Shown here piece after piece: positions 12,908 through 26,868 of a stretch of 64,000 nucleotides of DNA (its first letter is position 1; each line of letters begins with the position of its first letter). Origin of the DNA: Eledone cirrhosa (lineage: Eukaryota); NCBI GenBank assembly GCA_964016885.1, contig OZ024749.1:34410001-34474000 (forward strand), in the 5' to 3' direction. The notes under the pieces are model-generated. The model was not told the DNA's origin, ran no database searches, and saw nothing but the letters and a program-made list of their open reading frames with translations. Made by a program: the position numbers and the translations under genes.

Positions 12908-13330
12908 AATCAAACATGTATACATATTTAAACATATATACATATTTAAACATATATACATATTTAAACATATATACATATTTAAACATATATACATATA
13001 TACAACTATACATGTTTAAACATATGTACATAGCGCGTTTACCAATTCTGGACAGGTCACTTATTATATTCCTCTGAAGAAGAGATTTCATCTCGAACTA
13101 TCAGGACAGATAAAAAATAAGGTAACACATAACATCTTACTTTGTCTTATTTTCTTGTTCATCCATTTCGCATTGTCGTAGTCTTCTAACTTCACATATT
13201 TTTATATATACATATATACATGTTTAAACATATATACATATATTCATGTTAAAAACATATATTTTTATATATACATATATACATGTGTAAGCATATATAC
13301 ATATATTCATGTTAAAAACATATATACATA
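12908..13330. repeat. 18-bp AT-rich minisatellite patches (catatttaaacatatata)
   Basis: Tandem units at 12910-13025 and related units at 13205-13330. Confidence 0.7.
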
Positions 13331-14104
13331 TAAATTAAGAACCCAGGCTCCTCATGAACAAACAAATCTACTATCACCTTGCACATAAAAACAAAATAAT
13401 TTTAAATGTCATATGATGGCCATGTGTATCTAGTTTAAAATAGGTACACCATGTCCCGTGTGTCGTAAGAAGTGACTGAAAGAGTTGGTGTCGGGAAGGG
13501 CACCCAGCTATAAAACATTGCTACAAAGGTCCCATCCAACCCATACCAGCATGGAAAAGATGATGTAAAAACAATGATGGTGATGATGATGATGATGATG
13601 ATGATGATCACACTCAACATATCCATATTTCACACAAAGTAACACAAATCCTAGGGGTAAGCTACCACACTTCAATGCATTTCACTTCACAGTTGTAAAA
13701 CAAAGGGAATAAATAACTGAGGACTGAGAATCGGAAATATTTTAGATATGAGATTGCATGATATGAAAGAGCAATAATAATTGTTTATCACCCCATATTG
13801 TGGCAAAATGACAGTTGTTTGATTGTAGGATAGAATGCTTTGTGGTATTTGTTGCAGCTCTCTGTGTTCACAAATTTAAATCCTGACAAAGTCAACTTTG
13901 CCTTTCATCTTTTTGAGGCTGATAAAAAAAAAAAGTACCAGTCCAGTACTGGGGTCAATTCTTCCTCTATACCTCTTTTTCACTTCCCCTCTATCTCTCT
14001 GTGAAAGTAATCAGCTGTGTTCAAACCCGGAGAAGGATTGGTTTTGCCAGGTTTAAATACATGCTATATATCACTAAATTGGTTTGCATCCAGCTGTAGT
14101 AACT

Positions 14105-14415
14105 ATGCTCCCAATACATGCTGTAAAGTGGTTGGCATAAGGAAGGGACATCCAAGTGTAGAAAACATGCTCTCAGTACATGCTGTAAAGTGGTTGGTGT
14201 TAGGAATGGCATCTAGTTATAAAGACCATGCTCCTGGTACATGCTGTAAAGTGGTTGGTGTTAGGAATGGCATCTTGCTATAAAGACCATGCTCCTGGTA
14301 CATGCTGTAAAGTGGTTGGTGTTAGGAATGGCATCTTGCTATAAAGACCATGCTCCTGGTACATGCTGTAAAGTGGTTGGTGTTAGGAAGGGCATCTGGC
14401 TAGAGAAACCATGCT
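14105..14415 (+). repeat. 61-bp minisatellite derived from SINE body
   Basis: About 5 units of catgctcctggtacatgctgtaaagtggttggtgttaggaatggcatcttgctataaagac. Confidence 0.9.
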
Positions 14416-14663
14416 CACAGTAACAGCTGTGAGCATGGGTTGGACTAATATCTATAATATAGTATATAGCAATTGAAGACAAGTGAGATATCAAACTGTG
14501 CTACAGATCATATCAGTTCAATAAATTACTGATGTGTTGACAGCTGTTTGGTTTCAATGTTGTATTGCACTACACAATCTAGTAAACACCTATAAATACA
14601 TACACACACACATACACACATATCACCTACCCTTGTTAGTTTTAATGGAATCATAAGGTTGCT

Positions 14664-14843
14664 GTGACATGTGACATACTGTCTGACATAGTTGTGACAT
14701 ACTGTCTGACATAGTTGTGACATACTGTCTGAGATGTTGTAACGTACTGTTTGACATAGTTGTGACATACTGTTTGACATAGTTGTGACATACTGTTACA
14801 TGTTGTAACATACTGTGTGACTTGCAGTGACATAGTTGTGACA
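14664..14843. repeat. 23-bp minisatellite
   Basis: Unit gtgacatactgtctgacatagtt. Confidence 0.9.
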
Positions 14844-14849
14844 TGGTGT

Positions 14850-15452
14850 TAACAACCCAGTGATCCTTCACCACCTAAACACAACACTGCTAACTACCAA
14901 GTAATCCTTCCCTCAACACTTAAAACGCAACGCTGCTAAAACCCAGTGATTCTTCACCACCTAAACACAACACATAAACACAACATTGTTAAGAACCAAG
15001 TGATCCTTAACCACCTGAACATAAACCTTCTACCAACCCAGTAATCCTTCCACAACCCCTAAACACACTGTTAACAACCAAGTGACCCTTCATCACCTAA
15101 ACACAATACTGAAACCAACCCAGTAATCTTTCCCACAACATCTAAACACAACACTGCTAACAACCCAGGGATCCTTCCTCACCTAAACACAACACTGTTT
15201 ACAACACAGTAATCCTTCCCTCAACACCTAAACACAATACTGCTAACAACCCAGTGACCCTTCCTCACCTAAACACAACACTGTTTACAACCCAGCAATC
15301 CTTCCCTCAACACCTAAACACAGCACCTAAACACAACACTGCTTATAACCCAGTGATCCTTCCTCACCTAAATACAACACTGTTTACAACCCAGTAATCC
15401 TTCCCGCATCACCTAAATACAACACCTAAACACAATACTGTAAACAACCAAG
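14850..15452. repeat. ~40-bp minisatellite
   Basis: Unit acacaacactgctaacaacccagtgatccttcctcacctaa, about 14 degenerate copies. Confidence 0.9.
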
Positions 15453-15739
15453 TAACTCATATAGTTTAGAGTAAATACATGTGATAGAGATTAAAATGTT
15501 TGCAGAGGATAGCTGCTAATTCTGAGGTATTATGTTTCAGGATATAATGGATGTGTGCTTTTTCATCTAGAAAATATTTTTCCAATCAACAAACATAGGC
15601 CTCGTGTTCCAAAGTTAATTTCTCTAATTAACATACCCGACAAAAATATGCTGATGAGAACTATGCTAAATATATTAGGATTTTACCCAACCCATCATAG
15701 TACATTTTAATTTTGACCAATTAAACCAATTAGTTATCC

Positions 15740-16220
15740 ATCATCATCATCATTTATAGCTTATTTATCATGCCTGCATGGTTAGAAGGGCTGTATTGTT
15801 ATAAGACCTGACTGGCCAGGTAACCTTGTCCTACTGGTATCATCTGTTTGGGGGCTGGTTTTCTACAGATGGGTGCCATTCCTAACATTAGCTACTTTAC
15901 AGTGTGTACTGGAAGCTTTTTTCATGGTACCAGCACTACCACCTTACTGAGTAGAGTGGGTGCATTTGTTGTTGCACCTGTACCACCACCTTACAGGGTG
16001 AACTGGATGTTTTTTATTGTGGCACCAGTACTACTACCTTACTAGGTGGATGGGGTGGGATTTTTGTTATGGCACTAACAGTACTACCCTACAGGAAGAA
16101 CTGGGTGGTTTTTGTTGTGGTACCAGCACTACCACCTTACAGGTTGGACTAAATGCTTTTGTGTGGCACCAGTACTACCATCTTACAATGAGGACTGGGT
16201 GGGTTTTTTGTTGTGGCATC
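15740..16220 (-). mobile_element. SINE 3' part with ~46-bp internal tandem amplification
   Basis: (CAT)n tail at 15740. ttctacagatgggtgccattcctaac is followed by repeated gtggcaccagtactaccaccttacagg.ggactggg units. Confidence 0.7.
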
Positions 16221-16471
16221 AAGCACACACACACACACATAAAGTCTGTCTTATTTCACCTGTAAGTACGCAGGTGAAACTGCTGATTACAGGACTGGTA
16301 CTTTGACTGCGAAAGGATAAAAGATAACATAGGTAGGATTTGAACTCAGAATAGAAAGAACTAAAAGAAATACCATTAACTATTCTGTTCAATGTTCTAA
16401 TGACATTGCAAACTTGTTACTTTAGCTTTTCTTTCTTATAACTTTTGGTAGAAGTGAAATAGTTAAGTTAA

Positions 16472-17116
16472 CTCTTTAGCATTTACATTACTCTATATAT
16501 ACTATTGTATTTTCATGGTTAAGGCTTTATAATAATAATAATGAAATATTGTGTACAGTGCTCAGGTGCACTACAACTCATCAAAAAGTGTATGTATAGT
16601 ACATAGGGTAATGTACAAACGTCAGGAAAATGAACAGTGCATGAGTCATGATATACACACGTGTGCATGTGTATGGAAGGGGTACATCAGGTGTAGTTTT
16701 GGCGTATTTCGGGAAGCATGAGTGTTTTAAAGGATGCAGTGTCTCAGCAGCTAACAACTGACGCAGGCAGTTTGTTCCATGCTTCAGCAACTCTGAGTGT
16801 GAAAAAATGTTTACGAAAGTCATGGGAGCTGTGCTGTTTTCTGATTTTGTAGGCATGTCCACGTATGTTAGACACATGGAGATCAAAAAGGTGCTCAGGG
16901 TTGTTGTTGGAGAGATGGTTAATAACTTTGTGGGTGTTTACCAAGCCCATTGCCAGACGTCGGAGCTTCACATAATTATCGAATCTATGAGATTTTGATG
17001 CTATTTATTTTGAGAACAATACCTTAACATCAGTATGAGTGGCCCATTATGGCCAGTTTGAACAGAAAGAGGTGAGAGAATTCTGACCGGATACAGACAG
17101 TTTAAATGTTAAAGGG
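16472..17116. mobile_element. TTAA-flanked piggyBac-like MITE interrupted by a CR1 fragment
   Basis: ttaa|ctctttagcattt ... aaatgttaaaggg|ttaa. An uninterrupted relative is at 33225-33415. Confidence 0.7.
16530..16967 (-). mobile_element. CR1-clade LINE 3' end with (ATT)n tail
   Basis: RGHAYKIRKQHSSHDFRKHFFTLRVAEAWNKLPASVV is the CR1 ORF2 C-terminal signature. The 3' UTR also occurs at 19722-19858 and 56385-56434. Confidence 0.85.
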
Positions 17117-19264
17117 TTAATGTATATTTTATTGTATTTTTTTTTTTTTTGCATACTTGTTTCAAATCTATAATTTATTGCAAGTGATTTTTAAGTATTT
17201 AGGCAATATACTTCAGTTCACCAAACTGTCAAACCTTCAAGTAATCAACCATAGATGGTCGATCTGCTAGAAACAGCAGCTAAATGTTTCTCTTAAATCA
17301 TTCCCTGCCATGTTAAAATTCAGACACATTGGATAAGGTGGCCCAGGTGATAAATACACCCAGTATACTCTGTAAAATGGTGGGAAATAGGAAGGGCATC
17401 CAGCTGCAGAAAACCTGCCAAACAAAGGGTCAAAAGGACTCTTCAGATGTGTCAGAGGCATCACATCCTCGCTAGTGTTGGTGACATGATAAAATACACT
17501 TAGTAGAGTGTGGGAATGTATGTAAACAAGATGTGGGACCCTGGCCTATCGTTGAGGTCAGAAGCTCTGCTTGAGTACTGACTTAGTCCTTGAAGAACCA
17601 TCCATTTCTTGATAGTCCTTGCTATCAGGAAAAACAAACATTAAATGATGATGATGATAGTGGGCATGGCTGAAACACCTTCCATCCTAGGTCTGCCCAA
17701 TCAGAGTTGACCTGGTGCTAAACTATAACAACAACCACTTTTATTTACCTTATTCAATTACCTTAAACCAAAATATTAATATTACAACACCAGATAAATA
17801 AAACATATCTTAGTAACTTCATATTTTTACTTTACTTGAAATACTCATCTTAACATTATATTTAATTTGTATATATTATAGATAATTTATTATCTAACCT
17901 ATAAAGAAATATCTACAAATAAAAGTTACTTTCATTCTATCCAGAGAGGTGTTTACATTTAATTTGCTTAATATCAGAAAAGCAGAACTAAATGCCAACG
18001 ATTATAAGGTCATGTCCCATGAGTCATTTATATTTCTGAAACAACGCTGATAGATGAGTTTGGCTTTTTAAAGTAGGTACTAAAAGGAATTCTGGATTTA
18101 CCACACAAATGTTTCATTTGCAACACATTTCATCAACAAATGACAAGTATGTCTTACATCTATATCCATTTGTAAACACATAACAATATATATATATGTA
18201 TACACATACACACACATATATATATATATATATATGAGAGGGGAAAAAACAGCTATATTTGTAAACACATACCAATATATATATATATAGATAAATATTA
18301 TATTTAAATTCTATATTTATTGTATGTTAACAAATGAAAATATAAATATATCTTTAAACATTCCATATTCCATTCACATTCCATATTCCATTCACATCTA
18401 TCAGTAATTATTTGGTATTGTATTTTCTTAGAAGTTTTTACTCCTTCATGTTTAATATGTGTGAGATTTATTACTACCAGTGGACCACTGCCATCAATAA
18501 TGTCATGGTGTTAAGGAAAGGCATCCAACAGTAGAAACCATGCTCCCAGTACACTCTGTTAAGTGGTTGGTGTTAGGAAGGGCATCCAGCAGTAGAAACC
18601 ATGCCAAATTAGAATGTATAAGCACGGCATGGTCACCTGCCATGATTAACCACTGATATTAAAACCTATCTAACATATACAAGCATGGGAAATATATATA
18701 AAATGATGATGATGATGATGACGATCATGATGATGATGGTGATCATGATCGAGAATTTGTATTAAAAGAATAAGTAGTAGCTTAAAACAGATTGTGTTGA
18801 GTGGATATCTAATCTTATACAAAAACAAAATAACTTGATATTGGTTAACAATAGGTAATGTCCAGAGCAGATGTCAAATCACAGAATAAAGTGATAAAGA
18901 CTATAAAAATAGTTAAATAACTGTATATGACAATATAAGAAGCTTTATTATTTGCCAGTAGGCATTTGAAGATATTTCTTCTCTTTAATATTAAAGTGAT
19001 CACCTCACCTGACTCTCATTTCTAGACCCCAGGACATTTTTCAGCCACATTGCAGTAACTGCTTCTGCTGGCTGTCTAAATTTAATGAGAGACTAGTTGC
19101 TTGGAGAGATGAGCAGTGTCAAGTTAGGGCCCACTGAAATGCCATGATGGAACACACTGCCAAACATCTAGAAGGACATCTCAATAGTGAGCTGCACCAT
19201 TTACAAGAAGATGGGCTTTGCCAAGCTAAAGCCACTGAAATGTCATGATAGACACATACAATCG

Positions 19265-19605
19265 AATGTCTAGAGTGGCACCCCTGTCAGATGTCTAGAG
19301 TGGCACCCCTGTCAGATGTCTAGAGTGGCACCCCTGTCAGATGTCTAGAGTGGCACCCCTGTCAGATGTCTAGAGTGGCACCCCTGTCAGATGTCTAGAG
19401 TGGCACCCCTGTCAAATGCCTAGAGTGGTACCCCTGTCGTCGAATGTTTAGAGTGGCACCCCTGTCAAATGTTTAGAGTGGTACCCCTGTTAAATGCCTA
19501 GAATGGCACCCCAATCAAGTGCCTACAGCGGCACCCCAATAAAATGTCTACAGTGGCACCCCAATAAAATGTCTACAGTGGCACCCCAATAAAATGTCTA
19601 CAGTA
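19265..19605. repeat. 25-bp minisatellite
   Basis: Unit tagagtggcacccctgtcagatgtc, about 13 copies. Confidence 0.95.
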
Positions 19606-19721
19606 CCACCACAACGATGTGCTGCACCACTTATGAGATAACTTGATTCATTGATTGCTTATTGTTAAAAATGATAAAAATTTATCAAACCTTTTACATA
19701 GCTTTCAAATATTATAATATA

Positions 19722-20113
19722 CACGCACACATTTATATCATGACTCATACACTGTTCACTTTCCTGACATTTGTACATTATTCTATGTACTCTACATGCA
19801 CCTTTGATGAGTTGTAGTGCACCTGAGCACTGTACACAATTTTCATTATTATTATTATTGGCAGTATCGGTAGAGGGTCGGACGCCATGCTTTGACGCAT
19901 AGAGTTACGGCCCTTGCCATTCTGAGTTCAAATCCCGCCTGGGTTAACTTTGCCTTTTATCCTTATGGGGTCGATAAAATAAATTAGCGGTAATGCACTG
20001 GGTAATTGCTGGCCTTGCCAAAAGTAGAAACAATTATTATTATTATAACCATGCTCCGTCTAACCCATGCTAGCGTGGAAAATGGACGTTAAACGAAGAT
20101 GATGATGATGATG
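19722..20113 (+). mobile_element. Stack of retroposon ends: CR1 3' UTR, Meta-like SINE, RTE/SINE tail
   Basis: CR1 end ...gagcactgtacacaattttcattattatt, then SINE 19859-20042, then ccgtctaacccatgctagcgtggaaaatggacgttaaacg(atg)n. Confidence 0.75.
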
Positions 20114-20831
20114 ATATACTAATCTACAATACAGCTGATTGGCTGTTATTTATTTATTTAATGTTTGAATTAAATTGGTCAAGCTTAGCACTGCTGCTGC
20201 AAGAGTATGGAAGGGGCAAGGGAAAATATTAGTCACAAAAATTGTTCTGCCGTGGGTCGCATCTTTTAGGGCCCTTGATTTACATAATAATTTCAACATT
20301 TTTTTTTTTTTTTATCAAAACCAAACAAAATTAAATTGACATAAAAATGTGAAAATACTTTTAGATTAATTTTTATGTTTGAAAATCTTTTTTAATTTCT
20401 TTATTTATTTCATTCTATCTTCATTTTTTTTTTTTTTTTTATTAAACAAATATTTGTGTTGAGACTAAAAAAATATATTTAAAATTAGAACTGAAAATAA
20501 ATGAACTAGTACACATTAATTATATATCTATTTTAAATATATTTACTTTTATGAATAACTTTCACTATATAAAGAAGTCATGTGATCAGTATATTGTTTT
20601 ACAAGAATTTGTTTGTAAAATAATAGTGTTTATGTATATAGTTGTCTCGGCTTACTTTTTGTTTGTTTTTTCACTAACAAATGGTAAATATTTAAAAAAG
20701 AAAAGAAAAATGTACAATTCATCAATGTTTGCATACTGAAAATAAAAAAAAAAGAAGGAAAAAGTAGAGAAAAGATATAACTTTAAATAGCTAAAGTAAG
20801 GAAAAGGGAGGAAGGAAGCAGTAGACTGTAG

Positions 20832-21095
20832 ACCCCAATCAAGGTGGTATACCTCAGCTGTGTCACTACACCCCAGTCTAGTTAGTATACCTTAGCTGTG
20901 TCATTACACCCCAGTCTAGTTAGTATACCTTAGCTGTGTCATTATACCCCAGTCTATGTGGTATATCTCAGCTGTGTCACTACACCCCAATCTATGGCGT
21001 ATATCTCAGCTGAGTCACTACACTACACCCCAGTCAAGGTACTATATCTCCTCTGTGTCACTACACCCCAATCTAGGTGTTATATCTCACCCACT
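20832..21095. repeat. 38-bp minisatellite
   Basis: Unit ccccagtctagttagtataccttagctgtgtcattaca. Confidence 0.9.
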
Positions 21096-21936
21096 ACACC
21101 AGCTATTCCACCTCACAGGGAAATGAGAGTTTAGGGATTGAGTACGCCAGAAGTCTTGACAGCAACTAACACAAAAAGGAACCCATCAGTCAAATCCTAG
21201 TACTTAACTAAAGCTAATATTTTGCTGTTAAAAACAAACTTTTCACAAGCTCCTCTTACTACTTAAACAGATTAACTTAACTATTGTTTCTTTTCCATCT
21301 TTTCACTACTTAATAATTTAATCAACAACTTAAAGTATTTTACACAAGCTTCTTATTTAAGAATATAAGAGATTATATTTTAAGGATACATACAATGATT
21401 TTGAATGATTGCATTCAATTATAACAATGAAGTGTTACCTGGTGTACCTGTTTCCTTATCAACCAATCATACTCCTAAAACTTTAAACCACTTTCTTTAT
21501 AACTCACCTGGTAACTAACTGCTGGCTTTAGTTTGTGTCATAGCAGTAGTCAGTCACCTATCAGGTATTCATATAAAAATACAATGTTGAGTCCCACAGC
21601 TGATGTTTTCATGTGCATTGGGTGACTTTTACATGTTTGTTTCTAAATTCAGAAATGTGTTTACAATATCAAGATATGTTGAGTAACAGTATTTTTAATA
21701 ACTAAATTTTTTATTATCATTTTTGTATGTCGTCTACCGAAATAGTTTTTGAAAAGGAAATACAACTATCAACTAACTTGTTCAGTTGATGAAAAAAATT
21801 TGTGCATAAATTCTGCATTCAACTAAATATCTCTCGACAGTTTTGCTATTTTGTTGTTTTTCACCTGAAATAAGTAACTCTGTATTCTATACCTGGGGTT
21901 GTGATATGATTTACACACACAGCGGATATTTACATC

Positions 21937-22006
21937 ATGGAAAATAACTCTGAACAAAAGATGTTTACTGAAGCATTTGCATTACAAAATTGTGTTGCAG
22001 TGAGTG
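21937..22006 (+). CDS. Candidate alternative first coding exon B (MENNSEQKMFTEAFALQNCVAVS, phase-1 donor)
   Basis: atcATGG context, 23 open codons, donor GTG|GTAAGT at 22006/22007. Embedded in repeat-free sequence. Confidence 0.5.
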
Positions 22007-22849
22007 GTAAGTACAAACATTGATTGAGAAGGGAAGAGAGATGTTTTTTAACTTGTTATAACTATGTACTCATTTACTGGCCACTAGGTAGAGAAAAAAT
22101 ATAATGATTAGTTGAATATTTAGAGGAAAATGTAACTTTTATACAATTACTTCTTAATAGTATTATATTAACATGATTAAATGTTATATATGGTCTATAA
22201 TTAAGTATGAAAAGTTTTTATTTGTTGTACACAAAGCAGTCACCTAGTCACTGGAATTCTACTTCCTCTCATACACAAATTGAGTATCAGTGACCAGGTC
22301 AGGGGTATGACAAATGATTTTCATACTTAATGATATGTACTGATATACCAAAACGAATGTAAATAAAACAGAATGTTCCAAATAGATTTGAGTGACCTAC
22401 TGGCTAGGCTGTTGGACCTATGGGCATAAGATTTTGAGTTCAATTCCAGGACTGGGAGACGTTTTGTGTTTCTCGACATCATTTCATGTTGCATTTCATG
22501 GTAGGATTGGGGCCCCTATCATTAACACACCCAAGAAATCTCCTATGAGATGCAACCCAGTAGGCCAGTTAAAGCTACATAAGTGTAAACTGTAACATGA
22601 TAGGTCTGAGACCCTATCATTAAAACAACCAAGAAAACTCCTGAGATTCCAGCTAAAGCTACATAGAAGTGAGCTGTAAATTCAATTTTTACATTTTATT
22701 TCAAATCTCTTGGAAAATAAGTGGAGCCAAGGAATAAGCTTAAATATTTTTATATAGGACATGGTTGGTCCAGGTATATATTTTATTTGATGGAATAATA
22801 TATTCTTGTTCTACATAGTCATGATGAGACTCAGACGTGTATATGTGTG

Positions 22850-23110
22850 CAGGTCCTCTGCACACAGTGCCCAGACCTCACTACTATGCAACATTGCTGT
22901 TCATGTACATGCATCATACAATTCACCCATCATTTTGAGGAAAGAAAAACCTTTGTAGCGAGCAGTGATAGTAGCTCCCTGGGCTTTTTCCATCCCATTC
23001 TCACTCTGGCTACTGTACTTTCAGAACACCCACCTCCACTGCTAATTTGGTCACACAGGTAACAAGCTATCTACTGCTTCTATGGAACCATCCAAGAATT
23101 TGATAGCACT
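22850..23110 (-). mobile_element. Decayed RTE LINE fragment (thumb region)
   Basis: Homologous to 59130-59360 (..GGCSESTVARVRMGWKK..ELLSLL..YDAC..AMLHSSE.WA). Confidence 0.7.
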
Positions 23111-23550
23111 TGTTTCCTGTATGTATTTGCAAACACCCCACATGTAAAAACCTAGGTTCTTAACTAATCTCCCTGAGATCCCACTATATCCCGTGTCGCT
23201 CTAATCCATGCAAGTATGGAAATTAGATGTTATATGATGATGAGGAGGATGATAATGACATACACTCCATCTGATGGTTGTGTAATGGTAGAGTCATTTG
23301 AACATGCACTGTGCTACATTTATTTTTGGCACTATATATTTTTAAATAGCAGAGACTATTTTGCCTATATTTGTAACTTGATCACTGATACAAAAAGGAT
23401 GAAGAACTTATTGGATGAATAAGTCTAGGATGAGGTACTAACATAAAAGAAAAAAGGTTTAAAATAGCAAGTAATTATTGTTAAATACAATACCACAGAA
23501 AGAGAAATAATTCAAATTAATTGAACTATTAACTTCATCACATATATATA

Positions 23551-23602
<52 letters not shown>

Positions 23603-24262
23603 CATAATCTCATAATCATCATAATATAACATCTGTTTTCACTGCTAGCAAGGATTGGATTGGTTGTCACAGACCAAGTAAGTACTTGTATGATGATATA
23701 TATATATATATATATTAGAGTAATGAGGGAGCATGTATGTCTGGATAAATTGTGAAGAAGTTCACATACATACCTATATACTCATACATACACACATACA
23801 TATACACATATACTCACCAACATAAACACACATACACATCTACATACAATGTATGTTTATTAATATATTCATCATTACTATGTAAATAGATCCTGTGGTT
23901 AAATGATGAACCTAAGAACATCTTGACTAGTTTCAACTGACTTATTGCTATCTCATTGGGGGTGTTATCTACCTGTGGTTGTTGTACAGAGAGTCTAAGA
24001 ATATTACAGCCTCCTTAGGAAAACTGCTACGGGTAACAGATGCGATTTTATTTTAGCCACAGGGCGTATATACACAGTGAGACTTGTCACAGTTTATATA
24101 AATATATATATAAATGTATATAAATATTTGTATATAAATATTTGTATATATTTATATATATATATATACATTTATATATATATATATTTATTTATATATA
24201 TCTATTTATATATATATTTGCTAGCAGGGAAAGTGGATGTTAAAATCACGATGATGATGATG

Positions 24263-24300
<38 letters not shown>

Positions 24301-24306
24301 TATATA

Positions 24307-24533
24307 TTTTGTTTTGAATTTTCATTTTACACTAATGTGAATTAGCCTACATAAAACAGATATTCCTATTTCATCTCACACACACATATATATATATCAT
24401 CATCATCATCATCATGGACGTTAAACGATGATGATGATGATGATATATATATGTGTGTGTGTGAGATGAAATAGGAATATCTGTTTTATGTAGGCTAATT
24501 CACATTAGTGTAAAATGAAAATTCAAAACAAAA
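24307..24533. repeat. Near-perfect ~107-bp inverted repeat centred on an RTE/SINE 3' terminus
   Basis: Arms 24307-24415 and 24428-24533, centre ggacgttaaacg. Confidence 0.9.
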
Positions 24534-24679
24534 AAAATGGAAGAGACAGTTTACCAGTTAATTGTGCTCAACATGATCAGTGGAGTTGTGTAACACAAGT
24601 ATCTTGGTGACACGAGATGAGTCATTGAGTAAGACACATAGGTTCCAAGGAGATTTCATGGAGTAATTTAAAGTGAATA

Positions 24680-25033
24680 GGTACAAGGAAAAAACTAACC
24701 AAAATCTGTTGAAAATCAATGAAAGATTTATTGCATTATAAGGTCTCTTACACATGTTTCAATGCTGTTGCACGATCGCCTATGAGGACGACTGAACGAT
24801 TATGAAACATAATTCACAATCCTGCACTGCTTATTTCAGAAATGTCCAAAGTAGAAGTAAAGCTCAGAGGTCCAGATTACATTTATATGTGTGGGATAGG
24901 GAATTATGTAACATAGTCTTTCAGCAGTTGTAGACTATTGCATCACAACATTGAAACACATGTAAAAAGCCTTTATTATACAATAAATCTTTCCTCGATT
25001 TTCAACAGATTTGGCCTAGTTTTTTCCTTGTAC
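24680..25033. repeat. Diverged ~100-bp inverted repeat with ~150-bp spacer
   Basis: gtacaaggaaaaaactaaccaaaatctgttgaaaatc... versus ...gattttcaacagatttggcctagttttttccttgtac. Confidence 0.75.
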
Positions 25034-25744
25034 TCTAATCGCTTTATATAAATGATTTATGGCAACTTATTTTAATTAAATATATGTCATTTCATTTCTT
25101 TATAAAAAAAAAAAAATCTCTGCACCAGACACCTTCCTAAATTATCCATTTTAAAATTTCTATAACCATAAATTTCATATTAGATTCTAAGAGGATAACA
25201 GCTTATCTTTTCCAGAAATTGCAAGTGGAACCTGTTGTTGAAGTCTAATATCAGTGGCCCCTGTACCAGTAGAAAGTATCGGTTTCAGATCATAACTTTG
25301 GTAAAAAAAAAAAACCTTCCTGGATTATCTCAAATTCTTAACAAACTAGGTTATTTCCCTAACCAGAATTTGTGCATTTTCTTACATGAAAGTAAGTGGT
25401 CATAAAAGTTTGCTAAATCAATTTATGACCTTTGAATTGCTTGCAATACTACAAAAGCATGAGAAATTTTGTCTCGAATGTTACAAGATAGAAATATTTT
25501 ACTGCATTTTTATATACAGGCGAATGGTACTTATGGTTCTCTACTATTAGTAAGGTCTAAATTGCATGATTTCTATTTTCTTTCAGTTTCCAGATTCTAT
25601 ATAGTTGCTAATTCACATTCATATTTTTTCTTCCATTTTCGCATGGGTTTTATTATTTTTGTTCTCTCAGATGTAAATCAAACAAACTTTAGAAAGCACG
25701 AGTAAAAGACAATCACTGTGAAACTTATGGTATTCACTGGTTAT

Positions 25745-26308
25745 AGTACAACACCACAACTACACACTAACTAGTACAACACCACAACTACACACTAACT
25801 AGTACAACACCACAACTACACACTAACTAATACAACACCACAACCACACACTAACTAGTACAACACCGCAACTACACATGACACTAGTACAACACTGCAA
25901 CTACACATGACACTAGTACAACACTGCAACTACACATGACACTAGTACAACACTGCAACTACACATGACACTAGTACAACACTGCAACTACACATGACAC
26001 TAGTACAACACTGCAACTACACATGACACTAGTACAACACTGCAACTACACATGACACTAGTACAATAGTACAACACCACAACTACACATGACACTAGTA
26101 CAAAACCATAACTAAATAGTACATTAGTACAACACTACAACTAAATATTACACTAGTACAACACTACAACTAAATATTACACTAGTACAACACTACAACT
26201 AAATATTACACTAGTACAACACCACAACTACACACTATACTAGTACAACACCAAACACCACAACTACACACTATACTAGTACAACAACACAACTACACAC
26301 TACACTAG
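25745..26308. repeat. 28-29-bp minisatellite
   Basis: Unit acactagtacaacactgcaactacacatg and variants, arranged in blocks. Confidence 0.95.
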
Positions 26309-26868
26309 TCATAGCCCTACATTGATCTAAATATTTCATATTTGTTTGTTAGTACTAAATTCTTAGAGTTGTTACTCACATTCTTTCCATTCTCTGAAAA
26401 TATTGCTTTGATTCTCAAAACTTCTGAATTACTTTTGCTTCTGGAATTTCTATTCTATCCCTTTTTTAATTCTAATAATTGTAACATGTCAAGCTATGAA
26501 GCATTCCACCTTTATTCTAATAATTGTGACACTCTTTATCTTAACTTTATCCCCTCAGAGCTTTGTGAATGTTCAAGAGATCAGCTACCTATATGTTTGT
26601 TTACATTTAAAAGCTGTGATTTTGCTACTTAATTTAGGATGATAAAAGTTGTCATGATCTCTTGGCTTAATCGTTCAAAATGCCTAGCTGGTATCCTGGA
26701 AATGCAGGGTTTGATTCCTCATAGCAGTTGATGGCAACTTTTTTTCCACTTCTAAGGGTCTTTGACTTATTTTATAAACTATTTGATAGCATCTCCATGC
26801 ATGAGCATACCACTTTTTATTTTATATTATATTATATTATATTATATTATATTATATTATATATATGT

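Noticed and set aside
19265-26308. Regular 25-40-bp repeats resembling CRISPR arrays
   Set aside because: Units are contiguous with no unique spacers, there are no cas genes, and the context is eukaryotic.
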